A DNA stretch of 55,653 nucleotides from an uncultured Rikenellaceae bacterium (GTDB lineage: Bacteria; Bacteroidota; Bacteroidia; Bacteroidales; VadinHA17), in contig CAYLYN010000004.1 in NCBI GenBank assembly GCA_964387565.1, positions 1 to 55,653 of the forward strand. Reading direction: 5' to 3'. Positions 9,245 to 16,868 of the stretch are shown in pieces. Below the pieces are notes generated by a model. The model was given only the letters and a program-made list of their open reading frames with translations, had not been told where the DNA came from and ran no database searches. The position numbers and the translations under genes are program-made. The first letter of the stretch is position 1; the number at the start of each line of letters is the position of its first letter.

Positions 9245-10249
9245 ATGAAAGTAGTTGTACTCTATGATCTAAATCCTCTCTGGAATAGCCTGGAAATCAG
9301 CGATACCCGTAATTCCAATAAAGTTCTCTCCGAATCTCTGAAAGAAGAAGGAATTGAAACTTATCTTGAAGAATTGAATGATCCGGATCTTGAAAGAATA
9401 CTTGATAGATATAGTCCTGAGGATACTATTATTTTTAATCTCTGTGAGACCCTGCCAAACAGTAATCACAGTGAAAGAAGAGTTCTTGACATTATTGAAC
9501 AGAAAGGATTCACATATACCGGCAATGTTCCGGAGGTTATAGAACTTAGTTACGACAAGCAGAAGGTTAAGGAAGTTCTCGGTTCACTGGGAATAAGAGT
9601 TCCTTTTGGAGCAGTTCTTACTCCTGAAGAGGCTGCTGACTGGACCCTTTTTCCTGCTATTGTAAAACCGTCACGTGAACACTGTAGCCTTACTATCTCA
9701 GAAAAATCAGTGGTCTTTGACAAATATTCCCTTCAGGAGCAAATTCAGCTGGTCAACAATGAATTAAAACAGCCTGCACTGGTTGAGGATTTTATTGACG
9801 GTCGCGAGTTTCATGTATCAGTATGGAACAATGAACCACCTGAAATTCTGCCCCCTGTAGAAATGGATTTTTCGGCTTTCAGTGACACCAGGAAAAGACT
9901 TTGTACCTACGACTCCAAGTTTGTTCCCGGCTCAGAGCATTACAATAAAATCGAAACACTGATACCGGCACCTCTTGATGAAAAACTGCTCAAAAAGCTG
10001 GAAGAGAAAGTCCTCAAAACATGGAAAGGATTCGGTTGCTATGACTATGCCCGGTTCGATTTCCGCCTTCGGGATGATAAATTCTACCTTCTCGATATTA
10101 ATCCAAATAATGATATCAGCATTGATACGAGCTTCGCTCTTGGTGCAGAAATGAACAGTTATTCATATGGACAGATGGCAAAACGGATTGTAATGATGGC
10201 AGCTGAAAGACACCCTGTGTTTGGTGAGAAATTGCTGACTTCCCAATAA
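9245..10249 (+). CDS. ATP-grasp protein, D-alanine--D-alanine-ligase-like (divergent)
   Basis: 334 aa. Ddl-like layout (VVVLYD..., KQKVKEVLGSLGIRVP, AIVKPSREHCSL, LVEDFIDGREF, ARFDFRL...YLLDINPN). The usual GSS of the phosphate-binding loop reads HCS. Confidence 0.65.
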   Translation: MKVVVLYDLNPLWNSLEISDTRNSNKVLSESLKEEGIETYLEELNDPDLERILDRYSPEDTIIFNLCETLPNSNHSERRVLDIIEQKGFTYTGNVPEVIELSYDKQKVKEVLGSLGIRVPFGAVLTPEEAADWTLFPAIVKPSREHCSLTISEKSVVFDKYSLQEQIQLVNNELKQPALVEDFIDGREFHVSVWNNEPPEILPPVEMDFSAFSDTRKRLCTYDSKFVPGSEHYNKIETLIPAPLDEKLLKKLEEKVLKTWKGFGCYDYARFDFRLRDDKFYLLDINPNNDISIDTSFALGAEMNSYSYGQMAKRIVMMAAERHPVFGEKLLTSQ

Positions 10250-10356
10250 CAATAGCTTTGCTTTCAGGATGACAATTTTGAATTTGTATTCAGAAGTCTT
10301 AATCATAGCTATTAATAATGAAATTTACACCTGCCGATCCTTTAAAACCGAGAAGA

Positions 10357-10821
10357 ATGAAGACCTTGATATTAGGGATGGGCAATGATATCCTCACAGA
10401 TGATGCTATTGGACCAAGACTTATACATGACCTGTCAGGGATTATCGGCAACCGGAATGTTGATCTTAATACAGCCTGCTGCGGAGGGCTGGAGATAATA
10501 GAATATATCAGCGGTTATAATAAGGTCATTTTTATTGATGGAATACATACTTCAGGAGGAATACCAGGTGATGTATATTATTATAAAACTTCTGATTTCC
10601 GGGAAACATCACATCTGTCAAGTCTTCACGATATAACTTTTCTCACTTCACTTAAGCTGGGACAAACACTCGGTATTCAGATACCTGAGGACCTGCATAT
10701 CATTGCTATTGAAATTGTTGAAGATATGGAATTTAGTGAAGAGTTTACTCCCCGGTTAAAAAAAAGGTATCCTGAGATATTAAAAAATGTCGTGACAAAA
10801 ATCAATGCAATTCTAGATTAA
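10357..10821 (+). CDS. [NiFe]-hydrogenase maturation endopeptidase (HyaD/FrhD family)
   Basis: The family signature LILGMGNDILTDDAIGPRL lies at the N-terminus when the ATG at 10357 is used (the ORF track starts at 10318). A conserved His region (SLHDITF) is present. About 155 aa. Confidence 0.8.
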   Translation: MKTLILGMGNDILTDDAIGPRLIHDLSGIIGNRNVDLNTACCGGLEIIEYISGYNKVIFIDGIHTSGGIPGDVYYYKTSDFRETSHLSSLHDITFLTSLKLGQTLGIQIPEDLHIIAIEIVEDMEFSEEFTPRLKKRYPEILKNVVTKINAILD

Positions 10822-10885
10822 ACACAAAGAATCTCTCACATATTCAAAGCTTTTCAAAAAAAAACTTGACTTGCCTTATTTTAAT

Positions 10886-10924
10886 TGTTATTTTAGTAAC
10901 AGAGTTACTGTTATTTTAGTAACA
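10886..10924. promoter_or_regulatory. tandem 16-bp boxes TGTTATTTTAGTAACA (each TGTTA-N6-TAACA), 23-bp period, upstream of mvhD
   Basis: Exact copies at 10886-10901 and 10909-10924. They are bridged by the inverted repeat GTAAC-AGA-GTTAC (10896-10908). Box centres lie 75 and 52 nt upstream of the mvhD ATG. Confidence 0.5.
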
Positions 10925-10968
10925 ATCTGTTTTTTAATGGTTATTGTCAAACCAAAGAGTAAATTAAT

Positions 10969-11394
10969 ATGGAATATAAGCCCCGGATTGTTGCATTTCT
11001 GTGCAAATGGTGTTCTTATACAGGAGCAGATCTTGCAGGAACATCGCGCATGGAATATAAAGCTAATGTGCGAGTAATAAGGGTAATGTGTTCAGGCCGG
11101 ATTGAACCTACATTTGTTCTAAGAGCTTTTACAAAAGGTGCTGATGGAGTGCTGGTTTGTGGTTGTCATCCGGGAGATTGCCATTATCAGGAAGGCAACT
11201 ACCGATGCCTCAGGAGATTCATGTTGTTGCAGAAATACATAAAACAGATGGGAATTGAGCCTCAAAGGTTGAAACTTGAATGGATCAGTGCAAGTGAAGG
11301 AAAACAATATGCGGAACTTGTAAACAGTTTTACGGAGACAATTGCTGAAATGGGGCCATGCTCTATTGAAAAAACAATGAAGGTTCTAACATAG
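10969..11394 (+). CDS. mvhD: MvhD-type hydrogenase delta subunit ([2Fe-2S] electron-transfer protein)
   Basis: 141 aa. IVAFLCKWCSYTGADLAG, VMCSGR, VLVCGCHPGDCHYQEGN: the classic MvhD/FlpD Cys pattern. Confidence 0.9.
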   Translation: MEYKPRIVAFLCKWCSYTGADLAGTSRMEYKANVRVIRVMCSGRIEPTFVLRAFTKGADGVLVCGCHPGDCHYQEGNYRCLRRFMLLQKYIKQMGIEPQRLKLEWISASEGKQYAELVNSFTETIAEMGPCSIEKTMKVLT

Positions 11395-11411
11395 ATACAA
11401 ACTTTATTATA

Positions 11412-12386
11412 ATGGAAGGATCAAAGTCAAAACTTAAACTTGCCGTTTACTGGGCCTCTGCCTGCGGAGGCTGCTGCGTATCAGTACTTGATGTTCACGA
11501 AAAGCTTTTTGACGTGATAGCTGCTGCTGATCTCGTTTTTTGGCCTATTGCTCTGGATATCAAATATAAAGATGTTGAAGAGATGCCTGATAATCATATT
11601 GATGTAACTCTTTTTAACGGGGCAGTCAGAAACAGTGAAAACGAACATATGGCCAAGCTGTTAAGAAAGAAAACAAAAGTACTTGTTGCATATGGTAGTT
11701 GCTCTCATCTGGGAGGGATACCCGGATTAGCTAATTTTTCTACAAAAGAAGACATCTTAAGAAGGGTTTTTGAAGAAAGTGAATCAGCAATTAATCCGGA
11801 AAAAACAAGGCCTCAGCCTGAATATGAAGTTAAGGAAGGCACATTGGAAATACCAGTCTTCTATAATGATGTCCGGACTCTTTCTCAAACAGTAGATGTT
11901 GATTACTATCTGCCGGGTTGTCCGCCTCAGACAGAAAGACTTCTGGAAGTTTTCTCTGCTATAGTAAGCGGGGCGGAACTTCCATCGAAGGGCTCAGTAA
12001 TAGGAGCTGAATCAAAAGCCCAGTGCGATGAATGTATCCGGAAAAAGACGGAGAACAAACTTATAAAGAAATTCTATCGCCCGTGGGAAGTTACTGATGA
12101 CGGAGAGACATGTTTCCTGGAACAGGGTATCATTTGCATGGGACCGGCAACAAGAGCAGGATGCGGATATCGTTGCATAAAAGGCAATGCGCCCTGCCGC
12201 GGATGTTATGGACCTGTTTCTGAAGCTATAGATCCGGGAGCAAAAATGATGTCCTCTATCGCAAATATAGTTGACGCAAAAGAACCCGAAGATATCCAGA
12301 GGGTACTCGAGGACGTTGTTGATCCTGCAGGGATTTCTTATCGTTTTAGTCTGCCCTCTTCATTAATTAGAAGGACACTGTCATGA
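11412..12386 (+). CDS. mvhG: [NiFe] hydrogenase small subunit, MvhG-type (group 3c-like)
   Basis: 324 aa, no TAT signal. Proximal-cluster motif YWASACGGCCVSVLD, then GSCSHLGGIPG, LPGCPP and a C-terminal Cys cluster CMGPATRAGCGYRCIKGNAPCRGCYGP. Its 3' end overlaps mvhA by 4 nt (ATGA). Confidence 0.88.
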   Translation: MEGSKSKLKLAVYWASACGGCCVSVLDVHEKLFDVIAAADLVFWPIALDIKYKDVEEMPDNHIDVTLFNGAVRNSENEHMAKLLRKKTKVLVAYGSCSHLGGIPGLANFSTKEDILRRVFEESESAINPEKTRPQPEYEVKEGTLEIPVFYNDVRTLSQTVDVDYYLPGCPPQTERLLEVFSAIVSGAELPSKGSVIGAESKAQCDECIRKKTENKLIKKFYRPWEVTDDGETCFLEQGIICMGPATRAGCGYRCIKGNAPCRGCYGPVSEAIDPGAKMMSSIANIVDAKEPEDIQRVLEDVVDPAGISYRFSLPSSLIRRTLS

Positions 12387-13846
12387 AAAAGATCACAATA
12401 GACCCCATAACGCGCCTCGAAGGTCATGGAAAAATTGAAATTTTCCTTAATAAGGACGGAGAGGTAGATAATGCCTATTTCCAGGTCCCCGAGCTAAGAG
12501 GATTTGAAAAATTCTGCGAGGGAAGACCCGTTGAGGAACTCCCTGCAATAGTTGCAAAAATCTGCGGCGTGTGCCCGGGATGCCATCACATGGCCTCAGG
12601 AAAGGCGGTTGATGCAGTCTTTGGGGTAGAGCCTCCTACTACTGCAAAAAAGCTCAGGGAACTCTTTTATATGGCGCACTTCGTACATAGCCATACAGCC
12701 CATTTTTATGCTCTTGCTGCTCCCGATTTTGTAGTTGGTCCTGGTGCACCATCTGCCAAAAGGAATATCCTTGGGGTTATCGAAGTAGTTGGAAAGGAGA
12801 TCGGTACTGAAGTTATTAAGCAACGGCGATTCGCACAGGAGATACAGGCTCTGCTTGGAGGACATCAGACATTTGTAGTAATGAATATACCGGGCGGAGT
12901 AAGAAAAGGACTTACCGCTAAAGAAAGAGACGATATTGTTGAAAAAGCAAAAGGCTTTATAGATTTCTCAAATTTCACACTTAAGATCTTTAACGATATA
13001 GTACTCGGGAATAAGGATTATGTAGATATTATCCTCAACGGACCATATAGTTTGAAATTACACTCTATGGGGCTTGTCGACAAAAACAACAAGGTAAACT
13101 TCTACGACGGAAAGGTAAGAGTTGTAGATACAGAAGGTAAAGAGCTTTACAAATATTCAGAAAATGAATACCTCGATTATGTAGCCGAACATGTTGAACC
13201 CTGGAGCTACCTTAAGTTTCCATTTCTTAAGAAAATAGGATGGAAAGGTTTTGTTGATGGTCAGAATTCAGGATTATACCATGCAACTCCATTATCAAGG
13301 CTGAATGCAGCCGACGGTATGGCCACACCGATGGCACAAAAAGAATATGAAAGAATGTACTCAACCCTTGGGGGAAAACCTGTTCATGCTACTCTCGCGA
13401 TGCACTGGGCAAGGCTTATCGAACTATTATATTCAGCAGAACGATGCCTTGAGCTTGCAATGGATCCTGAAATTACAGGAAAAGAACTGCGTGCACAACT
13501 TGGTCCGATACCCGGAGAAGGTGTTGGTATTGTTGAAGCTCAGAGAGGAACCCTTACCCATCACTATTGGACAGATGACAAAGGGATGGTAACCAAAGTA
13601 AATATCATTGTTGGAACTACAAACAACAACGGAGCCATCTGTATGTCTATAAGGAAAGCAGCTGAGGGACTTATCAGAAAAGGGGAAGAGGTGACCGATG
13701 GAATACTTAATATGATAGAGATGGCCTTCAGGGCATATGACCCTTGCTTTTCATGTGCTACCCATAGTCTTCCCGGTCAGATGTCAATGATCCTTGAGAT
13801 CCGTGATCATAACGGCAAATTAGTACAACGGCTGATAAGAGATTAA
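12383..13846 (+). CDS. mvhA: [NiFe] hydrogenase large subunit, MvhA-type (group 3c-like)
   Basis: 487 aa. N-terminal RLEGHG, NiFe ligand motifs KICGVCPGCH and DPCFSCATH, followed by a 26-aa C-terminal extension, the usual target of the maturation protease. Confidence 0.9.
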   Translation: MKKITIDPITRLEGHGKIEIFLNKDGEVDNAYFQVPELRGFEKFCEGRPVEELPAIVAKICGVCPGCHHMASGKAVDAVFGVEPPTTAKKLRELFYMAHFVHSHTAHFYALAAPDFVVGPGAPSAKRNILGVIEVVGKEIGTEVIKQRRFAQEIQALLGGHQTFVVMNIPGGVRKGLTAKERDDIVEKAKGFIDFSNFTLKIFNDIVLGNKDYVDIILNGPYSLKLHSMGLVDKNNKVNFYDGKVRVVDTEGKELYKYSENEYLDYVAEHVEPWSYLKFPFLKKIGWKGFVDGQNSGLYHATPLSRLNAADGMATPMAQKEYERMYSTLGGKPVHATLAMHWARLIELLYSAERCLELAMDPEITGKELRAQLGPIPGEGVGIVEAQRGTLTHHYWTDDKGMVTKVNIIVGTTNNNGAICMSIRKAAEGLIRKGEEVTDGILNMIEMAFRAYDPCFSCATHSLPGQMSMILEIRDHNGKLVQRLIRD

Positions 13847-13887
13847 GAATTAAGGATAGATATTTTTTAACCATAAATTAATAGGAT

Positions 13888-15690
13888 ATGCGAACCGGAG
13901 TCTTTTTCTGCCAGATGAATGAAAACAGCAGACTCAATATTGATGCCATCGCAAAGTATTCGGCAAATCTTCCTGATGTTGAAACAGTTCAGATCTTAGG
14001 ATTGAAACCACATCCGGATGTGGAAATTCTCTCAGGACTTATCAGATCTAATAATCTGGAAAGAATTGTTATTGCCGGAGATATGCCTGGTTACTTTAAG
14101 CCAGTGTTTACTAAAGCAATGGCAATTGCGGGGGGTAATACTGATGAAATACGCCTTGCTTCATTCCAGGAGCATGGGGCAAGAGGGGAAAATGCCATGA
14201 ACCGCGCCAAAGCAATTGTTGCATGTGCCTCTATGGGAGTTCCTTTTCCTCTTGTTGCAGTAACGGGAGGAAATCCTGTAAATCATGCGACACTTATTAT
14301 TGGAGGTGGAATAGCCGGCATCCAGGCGGCACTGGAGCTTGCCAACGCCGGGAAAAAGGTTTTCCTTGTTGAACAGACCGGGACTATTGGCGGACATATG
14401 GCTATGTTCGACAAGACATTTCCTACGCTCGACTGCGCAGCATGTATACTTACACCCAAGATGGTTGATGCAGGACAGCATAAGATGATACGCCTGCTTA
14501 CAAGATCAAAAGTAGTGGAGGTCAGCGGCAAGCCTGGCTCCTACAGGGTAAAAATTAAACAAAGTGCGCGGTTTGTAGATGTCAATTCATGCATAGCCTG
14601 TAATCTGTGTGCAGAGGTTTGCCCTGTTAAGGTTCCAAGTGAATTCGATTCCGGGATATCTTTACGAAAAGCAATATATATTCCTTTTCCCCAGGCAGTA
14701 CCCAATGCTTATCTGGTTGATAAAGAGAGTTGTACCTACATACAATCTTTAGGTCAGAAATGTGGCGTTTGTGTGAAAAAATGTCCCAAAGAATGTATTA
14801 ACCTGAACGAAGAAGATCAGTTAGTCGATATTGAAGTTGGAAATATTGTACTGGCTACCGGTTACGAACTACTGGATGTAAGCAAAATAGAACAATATGG
14901 ATATGGCACCTACCCTAATGTTCTAACCTCGCTTGAATTTGAACGACTTACCAATGCTTCAGGCTCTACAGGGGGGAAGATTGTGATGAAATCAAAAAGA
15001 ATAAATAAAAAGACACAGGAAGAGGAGTGGTTCTTTTCATCTGAAGGAATACCTCCTAAAAGTGTCGGACTTATACATTGTGTTGGTTCAAGAAGTAAAA
15101 AATATAATCCCTACTGCTCCAGGGTTTGTTGTATGTATTCCTTGAAATTTGCTCACCTGATAAAAGAAAAAATACCGAATGTCACTGTTTATGAATTCTA
15201 TATAGACATGAGAGCTTTTGGTAAAGGGTATGAAGAATTTGCCGAGCGGATAAAACAGGAAGGGACATTTGTTGTGCGAGGGCATTCAGCATCAGTATCA
15301 ATGAATAATGGTCAGATGTCGGTCCGTGGAGAAGACATTTTCAATGACAGGTTAGTTGAGTTCGATGTTGATATGGTTGTACTTGCAGTAGGGCTTGTGC
15401 CTGCACAGGGCAGTGAAGAGCTTAGCCGAATGCTTGGAGTGGACAGGGACAGTGACGGATGGTTCTCAGAACTTGACTATAACGGAAGTCCAACCGATAC
15501 CGATAAAGGAGGTATTTATGTAGCAGGCATGTGCCAGGCGCCAAAGGATATACCGGATACAGTGGCCCAGGCTTCAGCAGTCGCCGCCGGTGTGCTGAGC
15601 AGCCTTACCAGCGGAAAGGGGATCGGACACCTGAGCACAATCCCCCTCAGGGAGATTGAGGAAAGAGCTAAAAAGATTCAAATAGTATAA
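13888..15690 (+). CDS. hdrA: HdrA-like flavoprotein, paralog 1 (Cys-poor N-domain, inserted ferredoxin domain, no C-terminal ferredoxin)
   Basis: 600 aa. LIIGGGIAGIQAALE FAD fold, GGHMAMFDKTFPTLDCAACILTPKM, an inserted 2x[4Fe-4S] domain (CIACNLCAEVCP ... CGVCVKKCP), HCVGSR...YCSRVCCMY, and GIYVAGMCQAPKDIPDTVAQA. Confidence 0.85.
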   Translation: MRTGVFFCQMNENSRLNIDAIAKYSANLPDVETVQILGLKPHPDVEILSGLIRSNNLERIVIAGDMPGYFKPVFTKAMAIAGGNTDEIRLASFQEHGARGENAMNRAKAIVACASMGVPFPLVAVTGGNPVNHATLIIGGGIAGIQAALELANAGKKVFLVEQTGTIGGHMAMFDKTFPTLDCAACILTPKMVDAGQHKMIRLLTRSKVVEVSGKPGSYRVKIKQSARFVDVNSCIACNLCAEVCPVKVPSEFDSGISLRKAIYIPFPQAVPNAYLVDKESCTYIQSLGQKCGVCVKKCPKECINLNEEDQLVDIEVGNIVLATGYELLDVSKIEQYGYGTYPNVLTSLEFERLTNASGSTGGKIVMKSKRINKKTQEEEWFFSSEGIPPKSVGLIHCVGSRSKKYNPYCSRVCCMYSLKFAHLIKEKIPNVTVYEFYIDMRAFGKGYEEFAERIKQEGTFVVRGHSASVSMNNGQMSVRGEDIFNDRLVEFDVDMVVLAVGLVPAQGSEELSRMLGVDRDSDGWFSELDYNGSPTDTDKGGIYVAGMCQAPKDIPDTVAQASAVAAGVLSSLTSGKGIGHLSTIPLREIEERAKKIQIV

Positions 15691-15699
15691 AGAAGCATT

Positions 15700-16857
15700 A
15701 TGGCAATTAGAGTAAATCCCAAATTCATTGATGTACTGGACCGCTTTGGTGCTGAAGATGTTCAATTATGCTACCAGTGCGGAGATTGTTCAACAGTTTG
15801 TCCTCATGCAGATGAAGTATATAAATTTCCACGTAAATCGATGCGTTCACTGCAAATGGGACTGGACCAGAAAATTGAACATAGCCTGGAACCATGGCTG
15901 TGTTACTATTGTGGACAATGCTCGGAACAGTGTCCAAGGGAAGCAGATCCGGGTGAAACAATGATGAGTCTAAGACGCTGGCTTATTTCCCGTTATGACG
16001 TTACCGGTATTGCAGCAAGGTTCTTCAAATCAAAAACTACAGAGATAGTTGCTGTTATAATTACTGCTGTTGTGACTGGAATATTTCTGACACTCTATGG
16101 TCTGTCAGCTGGAAGCATCCATATCTATGATGGTGACGGAGCATTTCTTCCCAGCAGTTTCATTCACAGATTTGACCTGACTATTGGATTGATTGTTGGT
16201 CTTTTTTTAGTAATAAATGCCATCCGGATGTGGTATTTTGTAATGATTAAAGGAACCCCTTTCCCTGTTCCCTGGTGGTCATATATTCTTGAACTCTACC
16301 AGCTGCCATGGCATTTCTTCACTCAGAAACGCTATTCCGAATGTGAGAGTCAGAATAAAAAAACATTCTTTATGCCATGGTTAGTTCACCTTGGTCTTAT
16401 GCTGGGATATGTAACCATGCTGATACTGGTCATGGTTTTTATAGAGGCTTTTCAGTCCGGACCTGAAATCAACTGGTCAGTACATGTTTTCGGATACCTG
16501 GCTAGTATTGGATTGATAATCGGTACAATATATTTTATCAGGAACCGCTTCAGGAAGAATTATATTCAATATAAGAAATCGCATAGCACAGACTGGATGT
16601 TTGTGGTATTGCTGTTTCTGATTGTTGTTACAGGTATTGCTCAGCATCTGTTTCACAGGACCGGCCTTCTGGTTGAGGCAAATATTACTTATGTCTTTCA
16701 CCTTATGTGTGTCGTTCCCTGGCTTCTCAGGATGCCATTCTCCAAATGGGCTCATCTTGTATACCGACCACTGGCCATGTATTTTGCTGCCATTCGTAAA
16801 GATGCCATAATCCGGCAGGAAGAAATAATACAATCTTCACCGGTTTATATAAAATAA
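15700..16857 (+). CDS. QmoC-like membrane FeS/cytochrome-b-type subunit (HdrC-like domain fused to NarI/HdrE-like 6-TM domain)
   Basis: 385 aa. Two CX2CX2CX3CP motifs (CYQCGDCSTVCP, CYYCGQCSEQCP), then six hydrophobic helices with His candidates (VHLGLML, QHLFH, FHLMC, KWAHLVYRP). Confidence 0.7.
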   Translation: MAIRVNPKFIDVLDRFGAEDVQLCYQCGDCSTVCPHADEVYKFPRKSMRSLQMGLDQKIEHSLEPWLCYYCGQCSEQCPREADPGETMMSLRRWLISRYDVTGIAARFFKSKTTEIVAVIITAVVTGIFLTLYGLSAGSIHIYDGDGAFLPSSFIHRFDLTIGLIVGLFLVINAIRMWYFVMIKGTPFPVPWWSYILELYQLPWHFFTQKRYSECESQNKKTFFMPWLVHLGLMLGYVTMLILVMVFIEAFQSGPEINWSVHVFGYLASIGLIIGTIYFIRNRFRKNYIQYKKSHSTDWMFVVLLFLIVVTGIAQHLFHRTGLLVEANITYVFHLMCVVPWLLRMPFSKWAHLVYRPLAMYFAAIRKDAIIRQEEIIQSSPVYIK

Positions 16858-16868
16858 AAAACAGATTC

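Noticed and set aside
10871-11077. 68-aa ORF overlapping the mvh promoter and the mvhD start
   Set aside because: It is out of frame with mvhD. Its 5' part is the tandem TGTTA-N6-TAACA regulatory repeat, and the hydrophobic translation is an artefact of T-rich DNA.
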